64,000 nt of DNA. It comes from an uncultured virus (IMG/VR IMGVR_UViG_3300025502_000013) (Duplodnaviria; Heunggongvirae; Uroviricota; Caudoviricetes). Position numbers and translations under genes: made by a program. The notes below the pieces were generated by a model. That model had not been told where the DNA came from and did no database searches. It saw only the letters and a program-made list of their open reading frames with translations. The DNA lies in IMG/VR virus record IMGVR_UViG_3300025502_000013; one strand, written 5' to 3'. This document shows positions 35,901-44,809 of the stretch, piece by piece; the first letter of the stretch is position 1, and each line of letters begins with the position of its first letter.

Positions 35901-37697
35901 AAATCGAGTTATCAGGAGGAAGATATGATCCCCGACGGCATTTACATTGATGAAGTGGACCCCCTGGGTGCGTCTGCTCTTGTAGCTAGTGGCCTCATAG
36001 CCGGAGCAGTCCCTCTAGAGCCCCCCACAGAGTGGTTCAATGACCCACGGCTGCGGCAGGCTACCCCTCTTACAATTGATGACGATGGAAGAGTTTTTGG
36101 GCACGTTGCCGCTTGGAATGTTGACCACATTGGAATGACGTCTGGGACTCGTCCTCCCCGTAGCCGCTCCAAGTACGCTTATTTCCACACGGGAGCCCTC
36201 AGGACAGCCGAAGGAGCAAACGTCCCCGTGGGGCAGCTTACCCTGGCTGGTGGACATGCGGGTCTAGAAGCTTCGGCGCAGGAAGCTGTTCGTCATTATG
36301 ATGACACCGCTTCCGCGTTTGCAGACGTTCACGCTGGCGAAGATTCTTTCGGCATCTGGGTCGCCGGCTCTTTGCGACCCGGCATTACCCCAGAACAGGT
36401 TCGTGCAGCCCGTGCGTCAGCTCCCTCTGGTGACTGGCGTCCGATTAACGGTCGCCTAGAGCTGGTAGCAGTGTGTCAAGTAAATGTCCCCGGATTTCCC
36501 ATTGCGCGGGCTCGTGTTGCCTCCGGTCAGGTTATGGCTTTAGTCGCAGCAGGTGCGAACGTTCTTGCTCACATGAAGCACGACCCACTCGCAGAGTTGA
36601 ATCAAAAAGTTGATGAGGTTCTCCGGCAACAAAATCAGCCCTACTTTGAAAAAGCAGAGGAGCTAAAATCTCGCTTTAGCTCACTGACTTCTGATATTTA
36701 CACGGAAAAAGCATCTGAGCTTTCCGCCCGTGTGAGTAAGGCTAAGAAGGAAGACGAAGAAAGCTCTGACTACATGATCCAGATGATGGATGATGATCCC
36801 GAATCAGAAATGGCCGTTGTCCCTCGTAGAGTCCGCCAGCGTCTTGCAAAAGAGGGTAAGGCAATGCCAGATGGCTCCTTCCCCATCCGCAACCCCCAGG
36901 ACTTGAAAAATGCCATTCGCGCTTATGGCCGGGCAAAGCCAGGAAGTAAGGGTGCGGTTCGTAAGCACATTATGCGACGAGCTAAGGGCTTAAAGCTGAC
37001 AGACCTGATTCCACCCAAATGGAGTACCGCGTATTCAGAGGACGGAGAAGAGCTGTCGCTAAGGCAGAGAGCCGAGGCCGCCGCCTCTTTTTTAAAAAGT
37101 GAGGCAGTTTTTGCACAAGCCGTAGAGCTGGACCCGGACGAAATCAATGTCATTAAGCAGCTTCCGGGGCGGGATGAAGATGGCAGGATTAAGTACACAC
37201 CTGAGACACAGCCTCGTGATGCCGAGGGGAAGTTTCGCAGGGTCTTGGCTCGTCTAAAGAATGATCTGGGCACTTCAGGTCTTCAAGATGTTGTCGAAAA
37301 GGTCGAAGAGGCAGAGGGTATGGCATTTGCCGGAAACTACGCTCAAGCCGCTGAGTCCGCCGCTGCTCTTATCGATATTTTAGAGCGCCTAGACACTAAC
37401 GCCCTTAATTCGGATGCGCTGGAGAATATTAAATCCAGTACTGCAGAGCTAGGCAAGGTAATTGCCAATCTTCCTCTTGCCTTCGGTGAAGATGCAGAGA
37501 AAATTCGCTTCAGTGATGTCCCTCCGGCGCTGCAAAGATTGATGGAAGAAATGATTGAGCGAGTCGAGGAAAAGATTGGTCAAGAAGACGCCGACATCGC
37601 TACGCAGGGGCTGAAGTCCTTTATGTCCGGGTCAGACCTGTACAGCCAGTCAGAGATATCCAGCGAAATGTCTACGCTTTTGAGGCTCCTCACCTAA
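32907..37697 (+). CDS. Multidomain capsid maturation protease fusion protein
   Basis: ETGDGRIF..LPLPLLWQ protease-like region; GRVFGHVAAW...AGED..GIWVAG...SGDWR...VNVPGF domain typical of actinophage protease fusions; lies upstream of the capsid gene. Confidence 0.8.
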   Translation: MIELLGHRGNRVLFDDDGYGVIIDAQENTVVEYGETDSLVASADWSSSTESGNYALAEELASAALTDLDINVLSANDRMYTIPAGVKEEAKRGLKWRKEESRGGTSVGLNTARTLAKGGQIGIKKVRHIAKYFPRHEVDKKGKGYKPKEDGYPSNGRIAWALWGGDSGKSWASRIVESEDKKNKKGVSAGGYDQSPRVDFSAFTEKTDFYVRIRLDGTGIDRLYRVLTDGMCQVWDDGCWDDMGDISFDFITYDKALDDPYDSCKKIHVPVDLKTAVAVSALFDSDPYRAVKIVEIEPEETTLFEKSMAELDWDVFDQLSDDQLEVDDYWDDGLTASGTATFAEEADSTPGVYTDEERSENASTQVRDRLGRFAEVGQRVVIGGNYNYQGNITALDGATKQISVELDNGTSVDVPGDSVQDVSTFEPIPVSSPTATPLDYTGILGEPRVPIDQPNAMLPGRLPPLTATDTNLLVNDWDSWVAGQRLAPEYSGDPLPPFVPKEVPDINTAMGRYYEGAFNPDGSTKPGWNPAVAQNVFNEPLLRDWLDERYANNSGEIGYHNRGWYTPPVTPRSTPVEQKKTRSEVYDPTNVAYWNDRFNPVNFSITAAADDKPLTPETSDVPVMYLAIVADDDPQAVMELVALVPASKTSNAPFAYKREPGKWVADNQIISDLRSATPPPVIVLDNEMLSEVTEQIDSIQASVKLPYFIAHTDNKIIRALVAAGGADRNRGNAEKLRRYWTVGKGGLKIRWNTPGDWTRCNRQLKKYMGPRAKGYCALRHKEMTGVWPGDKKNIGKKTKKALKASAELETLKSEDQIISEFTLRAKAESARSRVAGRHGVSPTLHGLEFVIPLVIPENVETGDGRIFKKGSITLRSLPLPLLWQIKTGDGHDGSVVVGQIIYMERTNEGIGNAYGVFDTGPFAKEAERLVRHGFIRGVSADMDKFETVDEILPEDEAGEKSDDDNAGKINIKSARVMAVTIVPKPAFQECYIQIVDNSKSSYQEEDMIPDGIYIDEVDPLGASALVASGLIAGAVPLEPPTEWFNDPRLRQATPLTIDDDGRVFGHVAAWNVDHIGMTSGTRPPRSRSKYAYFHTGALRTAEGANVPVGQLTLAGGHAGLEASAQEAVRHYDDTASAFADVHAGEDSFGIWVAGSLRPGITPEQVRAARASAPSGDWRPINGRLELVAVCQVNVPGFPIARARVASGQVMALVAAGANVLAHMKHDPLAELNQKVDEVLRQQNQPYFEKAEELKSRFSSLTSDIYTEKASELSARVSKAKKEDEESSDYMIQMMDDDPESEMAVVPRRVRQRLAKEGKAMPDGSFPIRNPQDLKNAIRAYGRAKPGSKGAVRKHIMRRAKGLKLTDLIPPKWSTAYSEDGEELSLRQRAEAAASFLKSEAVFAQAVELDPDEINVIKQLPGRDEDGRIKYTPETQPRDAEGKFRRVLARLKNDLGTSGLQDVVEKVEEAEGMAFAGNYAQAAESAAALIDILERLDTNALNSDALENIKSSTAELGKVIANLPLAFGEDAEKIRFSDVPPALQRLMEEMIERVEEKIGQEDADIATQGLKSFMSGSDLYSQSEISSEMSTLLRLLT

Positions 37698-37860
37698 GTG
37701 ACCGAAAAGGGTTAAAAATCGTCCAATCACCTTTTTTAAACCCTAGTAACATTATTACTAGGTGGAGTGCCTCTACACGCACTGCGGTTGGAAGTCCCTC
37801 GGCCTCGACTAACAAGCAATAGAACAACCCCGTTCTATCTGACTGCCCTAAGGAGGGACA

Positions 37861-39906
37861 GTGGACCAAATCAAAGAAATGCTGAATCAGCTTTCTGAGT
37901 TGGCCGACGATCAAGTCGGCGAACTTCAAAGCCAGATTGTCGGCGAATTTGAAGCGGTCGAGAAAGAAGACCCTTCTCCGCAGACAGTTGACGCTATGAC
38001 GTCTCTTGCCGATATGCTCGACTCGGTTCGCACCGAGATGAAGCAGCGCGAGGCCGCAGCCCAGGAGCTTGCCCAGCGAGCCGCCGAGGCCGCTTCTCGT
38101 GTATATGGCGAAGGCGACTCAGCCGAAGAAGAAATGATGGCCGACTCAGAGACCCCGATGGAAGAGGGTACTGAAGAGGCTGGCATGGACCCTGAGGCTG
38201 AAGAAATGGATAAAGAAATGGCTATGGAAAAAGAAGGAATCGTGGACACCGAGGACGGCCCTATGGAGGTCGAAATTGAGCCCGCAGATTCTGACGACAT
38301 TGCTGAGGCTGAAGGCGAAATGCCTGATGACGAAGAAGAAAAAGCCATGATGTCCGAAGCGTCAATTGACGAAGAGAAGACTACCGAACTCTCGACCGAA
38401 GAAACAACTACTTCTGAAGCACCTGCTGAAGAAGCACCTGAGGATGAAGAGACCGACTCTTCTGAATCTGACGAATCAGCCGATGAAGATGCTGAAGGAA
38501 CCGACGAAGCCGAGGCTTCCGTTGAGTCCGATGCAACTACAGAAGCTTCCGTCGAAACTCAAGAAACCCCAACTGAGCTTTCCGCTCAAGAAACTATGGA
38601 GGCACCCGTGACCGCCGCTGCACAAAACGCAGAAAACCTCGAGATTGAGGTACCAGCGGACCGCCGCCCTGTTGCTCAGGTATCAGCAGCTCCCGTGGCT
38701 ATCACGGCAGGTGCTGACATCCCAGGCTACACAGCTGGTAGTACGCTAGAAAGCATGGACACCGTCGCAGAGGCGATGTCCAAACGAATTCACTCGCTTC
38801 GCCGCGTGAATGGTGGAGATGGAGAGCAGCACATTGTTGCTTCTGTTACCACCTCCTTCCCCGAAGAGCGTACGCTCTCAACCGATGCAGAAGCGAACTG
38901 GAACAAAATTCAGGACGTCGTTGGCCCCGAGGCCCTCGTCGCTGCTGGTGGACACCAGGCTCCCTTTGAAGTTCGTTATGACATCTTTGGATTCGGTTCA
39001 ACAAACCGTCCCGTCCGAGAGGCCCTTCCGAGCTTTCAAGCAGATCGTGGTGGAATTCGCTTCATTACTCCGCCAATTCTCTCTGACTACCCCGACGCAA
39101 TAGGCGTGTGGACAGCTGCTAATGACGCAGCTGAAACCCCCAGCCCTAGCACCAAGAACAGTCTGACTGTTGCTGCCGCTCAGGAGAACACCGTTGCTAC
39201 TGACGCTGTGACCCTTCAGCTGCAGTTCGGCAACCTGGCAACTCGCGCGTACCCTGAACTGATTGCTCGTCACAACGAGCTCGGTCTTGTTCAGCACGCA
39301 CGCGAGGCAGAGCAGAACCTGCTCAGCAAGATTGCTGCTGGTTCGACAGCCGTAACCTCCACCAGCCTCATTGGTGTTGGTCGCGACTTCCTCGTCCAGC
39401 TTGGTCGCGCTGCTACAGGCTACCGTGCCCGGCACCGTCTTGAGCCAGATGCTCCATTGCGCATTATCCTCCCCGTGTGGGTTAAGGATGCAATGGTAGC
39501 TGACCTGGCTCTGTCGATGCCTGGTGACAGCCTGCTCAACGCATACAGCGAGATTGACGGCCTGATGGCCTCTCGTGGCATCAACGCTAGCTACACCCTG
39601 GACAGTGGCATGGCCACCGCTCAAGGCGCTAACGCGCTGAACGAGTTCGCTGATACCTTCGTTTGGTACATCTTCGCTGAAGGAACATTCTTGTTCCTTG
39701 ATGGCGGAACACTGGACCTGGGTATCATCCGAGACAGCTCGCTCGCTGGAACCAACGACTACAAGATGTTCGTTGAAACCTTCGAAGGTGTTGCAAAGGT
39801 CGGTGTCGAGAGCCTTGCGGTTACTTCCACTATCCAGGTGAATGGTGCGGCTGCTGCCCTCCGTGACACCCTTGGTGGGGTTGCCTCAGCGGTAATCGAG
39901 TACTAA
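37861..39906 (+). CDS. Major capsid protein with long acidic N-terminal scaffold-like region
   Basis: AAGGAGG RBS; LVAAGG..AP....YD and GTFLFLDGGTLDLGIIRDS....NDY..F.ETFEG motifs. Confidence 0.88.
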   Translation: MDQIKEMLNQLSELADDQVGELQSQIVGEFEAVEKEDPSPQTVDAMTSLADMLDSVRTEMKQREAAAQELAQRAAEAASRVYGEGDSAEEEMMADSETPMEEGTEEAGMDPEAEEMDKEMAMEKEGIVDTEDGPMEVEIEPADSDDIAEAEGEMPDDEEEKAMMSEASIDEEKTTELSTEETTTSEAPAEEAPEDEETDSSESDESADEDAEGTDEAEASVESDATTEASVETQETPTELSAQETMEAPVTAAAQNAENLEIEVPADRRPVAQVSAAPVAITAGADIPGYTAGSTLESMDTVAEAMSKRIHSLRRVNGGDGEQHIVASVTTSFPEERTLSTDAEANWNKIQDVVGPEALVAAGGHQAPFEVRYDIFGFGSTNRPVREALPSFQADRGGIRFITPPILSDYPDAIGVWTAANDAAETPSPSTKNSLTVAAAQENTVATDAVTLQLQFGNLATRAYPELIARHNELGLVQHAREAEQNLLSKIAAGSTAVTSTSLIGVGRDFLVQLGRAATGYRARHRLEPDAPLRIILPVWVKDAMVADLALSMPGDSLLNAYSEIDGLMASRGINASYTLDSGMATAQGANALNEFADTFVWYIFAEGTFLFLDGGTLDLGIIRDSSLAGTNDYKMFVETFEGVAKVGVESLAVTSTIQVNGAAAALRDTLGGVASAVIEY

Positions 39907-39953
39907 TCCCCTAATCATCTACACGAGCAACGCTTACAGTCTAAGGAGTAAAA

Positions 39954-40841
39954 ATGGCAACATTTCAAGGAGTATTTGAAGCTCACAAGCTTACTCCCGC
40001 TCCCGCCGGACTGCTAAGCGTTGCTCGTGTGATGACACACACCGCTCGTGCCTATGACGAGCGCTGGGTTAGAGAGTTCTCTCAGGAGTATGACTCACTT
40101 CCCACATCAGTTCAACTATTAACAGTTAATGATGCGACCGTCGCAGACGGTGTTATTTCGACTGATTCTGGATCTAGTTACCTAGACTATGTTCCTTTTT
40201 ACATTGATGTTGAGGATTTCGCCTCAACTTTTGGTCTTCTCGGAGAAGATCGGTTTAAGCGTGTTATCACAGAACTTGAGTCAGTTACTCAAAAGGTGAT
40301 AGAGCGTGAGTTCTGGGAGGGTAAAGCCGCTCAGGCAGAGACTACTGCCAATTCAAACATGTATTTGACCAAGTCTGGCTTAGCCACTATTCCCGTTGCG
40401 GGGGCCTTTAAGCCCGAAAACGCTTTGATGCACCTGGAACAGGCTATCTCTTCCTCCCCCGTAGGTGAGACCGGTGTTATTCACGTGACGCGCGACGTCG
40501 CCTCCATCCTGGGATCCCGGTTGGTTTACCTTAAAGCAAAAGACGACAACCCCGCTCAGGTGATGACTCGCCTTGGAACCCCCGTAGTCATCGGCTCGGG
40601 GTACACAGGGAAGGGCCCCATCGGGGACACAAACGCAGCGGCTTCGGCCACAAACAAATGGATTTTTGCCACAGGGAGCGTAGACGTTCACCTAGGCAAG
40701 ATAGAGGTTGTAAACGACACCTTGGCTCAAGGTGCCGATGTTACAATTAATAATATGAGAATCAAAGCGTATCGCCCAGCGGCGGTGCTCTCTGACCCAG
40801 CAATGCATTTTGCAATGCGAGTGACACTTCCCAGCGATTAA
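39954..40841 (+). CDS. Virion structural protein (putative minor capsid/decoration)
   Basis: Between capsid and major tail genes; T..GTPVVIGSGY motif. Confidence 0.6.
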   Translation: MATFQGVFEAHKLTPAPAGLLSVARVMTHTARAYDERWVREFSQEYDSLPTSVQLLTVNDATVADGVISTDSGSSYLDYVPFYIDVEDFASTFGLLGEDRFKRVITELESVTQKVIEREFWEGKAAQAETTANSNMYLTKSGLATIPVAGAFKPENALMHLEQAISSSPVGETGVIHVTRDVASILGSRLVYLKAKDDNPAQVMTRLGTPVVIGSGYTGKGPIGDTNAAASATNKWIFATGSVDVHLGKIEVVNDTLAQGADVTINNMRIKAYRPAAVLSDPAMHFAMRVTLPSD

Positions 40842-40875
40842 CCCACAAACAAGAAAGAAATAGGAGCACACTGGT

Positions 40876-41925
40876 ATGGCTACACAGGACTACGCGGCCA
40901 GCGTCCAAGGTGTGGCGATCCGAGTCACTCGACTGGACGCCGCAGGCAATCTGCTTAATGGACCCGGAGATTCCTACGCCACTTCGGCGTTTCTCCGAGC
41001 ATCATTTACACCCGAATACGAAGAAGGCGACGAAATCACCGAGAAGGCTGCTGACGGCACAATTTGTGTTTCGTACAAAGCACCTGACACCCTCAAGCGA
41101 ATCACCATGGAAATTGCGATCTGTGAGCCCGACCCCGAGCTTACAGCGTTGATGTCCGGTGGATTGCTTCTTCGCAAGAACTACGGAAGCTTTGCTTCAC
41201 CTGACAACAAGAGCATTGGTTGGGCCGCACCTGGTGTGGGCGACGACCCCGCTGGAAACGGTGTTTCCATCGAGGTTTGGTCCTTTGCTATTAAAGACGG
41301 CAAGCGTGACGCTGCTCTTCCCTACTTCTACTGGGTTTTCCCCTACGCCAAGTTGCGTCAGAGTGGTGACCGCGTTATCGAGAACGGCCTTCTCGCTAAC
41401 ACTTTTGAAGGACACGGACTGGGTAATGCGCTCTTCTCGACAGGTCTTGACGACCGCTGGGAGTTCCCCATCGCCACAGAGCGTCCCTACAGCTACGCAC
41501 GTGGCACATGGGCACCTGAAGGCCTTAAGGGCTTCTACCGTTGGTTTGGTCTTAGCGCAAACACAGCTACGAACAAGTCCATCACCTCTGAGGTTGGGAC
41601 CATCACAACTGGTACCGCCCACGGCTTTGAGGTTGGGCAGTCAGTAACCATTGCTGGCGTTGATTCTAGCTTCAATGGTACCCACCTTATTACGGCAGCT
41701 CCGACTACCACAACCTTTAGGGTTTTGCTGACAGGTGCTTCAGATGTTGCAAGCACCCCGGTATCTCCCGCTGGTGAGGTTGTCCGCAATCGTGGCTACC
41801 TCGCAGTAACTGACTTTGCCAGCCAGGGCTCTACTTCAGAGTACAACGTACCTGGTGGTGAGGACTTCAACCCAGACCTCCCGATCGACTTCATTATCGC
41901 ATCGAGCGAGGACCCCACCCCTTAA
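40876..41925 (+). CDS. Major tail protein with a C-terminal beta-repeat domain
   Basis: IRVTRLD, EEGDEITEK.ADG..C and YFYWVFP motifs; followed by a terminator. Confidence 0.85.
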   Translation: MATQDYAASVQGVAIRVTRLDAAGNLLNGPGDSYATSAFLRASFTPEYEEGDEITEKAADGTICVSYKAPDTLKRITMEIAICEPDPELTALMSGGLLLRKNYGSFASPDNKSIGWAAPGVGDDPAGNGVSIEVWSFAIKDGKRDAALPYFYWVFPYAKLRQSGDRVIENGLLANTFEGHGLGNALFSTGLDDRWEFPIATERPYSYARGTWAPEGLKGFYRWFGLSANTATNKSITSEVGTITTGTAHGFEVGQSVTIAGVDSSFNGTHLITAAPTTTTFRVLLTGASDVASTPVSPAGEVVRNRGYLAVTDFASQGSTSEYNVPGGEDFNPDLPIDFIIASSEDPTP

Positions 41926-41936
41926 GAGATTAGTCA

Positions 41937-41979
41937 GAGCGGGCAGTTAGCGATGGGAGTCCCGTCGGCTGCCCGCTTT
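41937..41979 (+). terminator. Hairpin terminator after the major tail gene
   Basis: GAGCGGGCAG...CTGCCCGCTTT. Confidence 0.75.
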
Positions 41980-41996
41980 ACTAATAAGGAGACAAA

Positions 41997-43136
41997 ATGA
42001 GCAACCTCTGGGTAGATGTCGAAGAGCTAGGACAATACGCTAATTCAGACTATGCTTATGAAGCAGTTAAAAATGCTTCGTATCTCTTGTGGGGAATGTC
42101 CGGAAGAAAGTTTTCCGGAGTTACCACTGTAACCGAAAGATATGTCTCAGCCTATGACCCGTATCTTAGGTCCGGAGGCTCGAGATTTAATTTTTATCCT
42201 ATTCTTATCGGGGGTCAAGTCGAGAATATTCCTGTTGGTTCTGTCGACCGAAACTCTCACCACGACTTTAATGGCGACGGGACATCTTCTTATTCAAGAC
42301 TTAGGCTGAGAGGCCGTAAGGTTGTTAAGATACACAATCTTAGGGATCAAAAAGGGGAGATAATTGATTCCAGCACCTACTATCTTTCAGACCACTCCAC
42401 TATTTATGGGACTCCTAATGCCAAGTGGAGCCCTTCAAACGTAGAGGTCACCTACACTTACGGGTCACCTCCCCCGCAGGCGGGTAAGACAGCGGCAAGA
42501 CTTCTGGCGACCGAGTTGGTTAAACTTTATGAGGGTGACGACACATGTGCGCTTCCTCAAAGAGTTTCTACTGCCTCACGGCAGGGTGTTAGCTACACCA
42601 TCCTAGACAACCAATCCTTTATTGATGAGCTTAAAACGGGCGTCTACGCTGTAGACCTTTTTCTTAAGACCGCTAATCCTGATAAGGCCAGGGCTCGTTC
42701 TAGAGTGTTTTCTCCTGATGTCCCGAGGGCTCGTAGAATAACCGGGGAGTCTCCCGCTTTTGAGCTTAGTGCGTATGACCTTTATTTCAACGCAGAGGGC
42801 GGAAGCAACATTTACTACCTTAACGAGTTCGGAGGAGACTTCCTCACTGACGACAGCTCGTGGACAACGTACGCTGTGGTTTCAAACAACAAAAACACAA
42901 TTAACGAAACTTTGAGTAGCTCTGCTACCCTCGACCCAATTGAGGGAACTATTCGACTTAGTGCCAGTTACTCCGAACTTCTTGCTATACTTGGCCCAAG
43001 AGATCCGGGAACTCTGGACCTCTATGCCAGCAGACCAAGCCTAGGAAACCCTGAGGTAGATGAGGTTATTAATTTGCTAACCTCTAATGTAATCTATCAA
43101 CTGGGTGATCGAGCTAGGCCTATTTTAATACCCTAA
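41997..43136 (+). CDS. Head-to-tail adaptor
   Basis: AS..LW.MSGRKFSG and CALPQRV...SRQGVSY motifs; synteny. Confidence 0.75.
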   Translation: MSNLWVDVEELGQYANSDYAYEAVKNASYLLWGMSGRKFSGVTTVTERYVSAYDPYLRSGGSRFNFYPILIGGQVENIPVGSVDRNSHHDFNGDGTSSYSRLRLRGRKVVKIHNLRDQKGEIIDSSTYYLSDHSTIYGTPNAKWSPSNVEVTYTYGSPPPQAGKTAARLLATELVKLYEGDDTCALPQRVSTASRQGVSYTILDNQSFIDELKTGVYAVDLFLKTANPDKARARSRVFSPDVPRARRITGESPAFELSAYDLYFNAEGGSNIYYLNEFGGDFLTDDSSWTTYAVVSNNKNTINETLSSSATLDPIEGTIRLSASYSELLAILGPRDPGTLDLYASRPSLGNPEVDEVINLLTSNVIYQLGDRARPILIP

Positions 43137-43144
43137 GGACACCT

Positions 43145-43648
43145 ATGCCAGTCAACGTCACTGATGTATCAGATGATGCAAAAAATATTGACACTTTTAT
43201 GAACGAAGTTCTTACTCGTCTAGAAGCCGTCTATGAAAGTTTTAGTATGCCTCTACCGACAAGACGGTACTACACCTTTGGATCCCCTGTAGTTGACTGT
43301 GAGCAAGCAGTTGTTTCTCTAGCTCAGATTTATCTAGGAGCGCCAGGAGACGAGGTCTCGGAGCCCCGTCGTTGCAATGACCCGAGGACAGCTACTTTAA
43401 ATATCTCTATTTCCAGGGAAGTACCCATTGCTCAGCCAAACGGGAATCCTCCAACCCCGGAAGCAATGACGGCGGCCAACAGGGTTGCTGCATATGACTC
43501 TTGGGTTCTTATGGAGAGTATTAATGAGCTTGATGCCTGGGCCAGCCCCGGGGGTTTTGGCCTGGGGGTAATTGCAACTTTAGACTACGAACCACCTCAG
43601 GGCGGTTTTCATACTACAGTTTTGACTCTTACAATGGCTGTCCCATAA
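43145..43648 (+). CDS. Tail completion/terminator-like protein
   Basis: Synteny; DCEQ and PQGG motifs. Confidence 0.55.
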   Translation: MPVNVTDVSDDAKNIDTFMNEVLTRLEAVYESFSMPLPTRRYYTFGSPVVDCEQAVVSLAQIYLGAPGDEVSEPRRCNDPRTATLNISISREVPIAQPNGNPPTPEAMTAANRVAAYDSWVLMESINELDAWASPGGFGLGVIATLDYEPPQGGFHTTVLTLTMAVP

Positions 43649-44040
43649 TGTTGAATGATATTAGATGGAGAGAGACAAGCGTGGAGAGAGTTCTAAACTC
43701 TGAGGGTGGCTTAGTCGGGAGACACTTGTCCGCGCAGGGGAGGGAAATAGTTTCCCTGGCTAAGGCTCAGGCGGGTAAAAAAACCGGCGCGTTACGGGCC
43801 TCTATTCACGCTACAAAAAGGGGGCGCAATCTTGGAGGGCAGTATGTCCAAGTAGGCTCTTACCTTCCTTATGCTCTCATGCACCACCAGGGCACCCGTC
43901 CTCGAGTCATTGTTCCTCGAAAAAGAAGAGTTTTAAGATTTTATGTTAAAGGTACTCTTGTTTTTACCAAAATAGTTCTGCACCCGGGGACACGGCCGAA
44001 TCGTTACCTCACTGACTCCATGCGTAAGGTGATAAACTAG
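43648..44040 (+). CDS. Neck protein, HK97 gp10-like
   Basis: KTGALRASI, YALMHHQGTRP, HPGTRPNRYL. Confidence 0.7.
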   Translation: MLNDIRWRETSVERVLNSEGGLVGRHLSAQGREIVSLAKAQAGKKTGALRASIHATKRGRNLGGQYVQVGSYLPYALMHHQGTRPRVIVPRKRRVLRFYVKGTLVFTKIVLHPGTRPNRYLTDSMRKVIN

Positions 44041-44077
44041 AATCTCCAACGACACAGAATAAAAGGAAAAATAGACA

Positions 44078-44416
44078 ATGGCAACAAAATTTAAAGACTT
44101 TGGGTCTACAAAAACTGAAGAGTTTGACGAAATTAAATTTAAACTGTACGGAGAAGAATTTAATTGCTTCAGAGCAATTCAAGGAAAAGTTCTCCTTGAA
44201 GTTGCAGGAAGTTTTGATGACAACCGCGCGTCTAACGCAAACGACGTCATCGAAAAGTTTTTTAAAGCTGTTCTAGAACCAGAAAGCTATGAAAGATTTG
44301 ACGCTCTTATCCATGATCCAGATAAAATTGTTCCCGTCGAAGACCTCGGCGAAATTACAGGTTGGTTGGTAGAACAGTACAGCGCCCGCCCTACTCAGGA
44401 GTCTTCGGGCTCCTAG
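44078..44416 (+). CDS. Tail assembly chaperone (G)
   Basis: Upstream of the tape measure gene; ends ...YSARPT. Confidence 0.8.
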   Translation: MATKFKDFGSTKTEEFDEIKFKLYGEEFNCFRAIQGKVLLEVAGSFDDNRASNANDVIEKFFKAVLEPESYERFDALIHDPDKIVPVEDLGEITGWLVEQYSARPTQESSGS

Positions 44417-44796
44417 ACTGGGCGGCTGATAACTGGCCTTATGTGAACGGAAAAGTTATACTTTCCGGGATTATGCTACTAGAGCTGGACGCTTCAGACA
44501 TGCTTGATGTAATTCACTACCTTTTTGAGGAAGACTTAAGAGTTTCTTCAGCTGAAGAGTCAGAAGCTGTTTCTAAAATACGAGAAACCATGTACCCACT
44601 GCTCTACGGAAGACCGTACAAATCCGTATTCACCAGCTCAGATACAAAGTATAATATGAGTACGGCTAGCAGTGGTCCTACTCCGGCAAATAGTACTCCT
44701 CCTGGCTCAGAAAGAAAGCCCTACATTCCGCCAACTCAATTTGACCCAGATAGTGTAGTTCCTTTTGGCGAAAAACTAGACTCCCCTTTGAAATAG
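44389..44796 (+). CDS. Tail assembly chaperone extension (T), -1 frame
   Basis: Overlapping -1 frame ORF with no evident RBS, directly before the tape measure gene. Confidence 0.7.
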   Translation, partial: PYSGVFGLLDWAADNWPYVNGKVILSGIMLLELDASDMLDVIHYLFEEDLRVSSAEESEAVSKIRETMYPLLYGRPYKSVFTSSDTKYNMSTASSGPTPANSTPPGSERKPYIPPTQFDPDSVVPFGEKLDSPLK

Positions 44797-44809
44797 CGAC
44801 AGGTAAACC

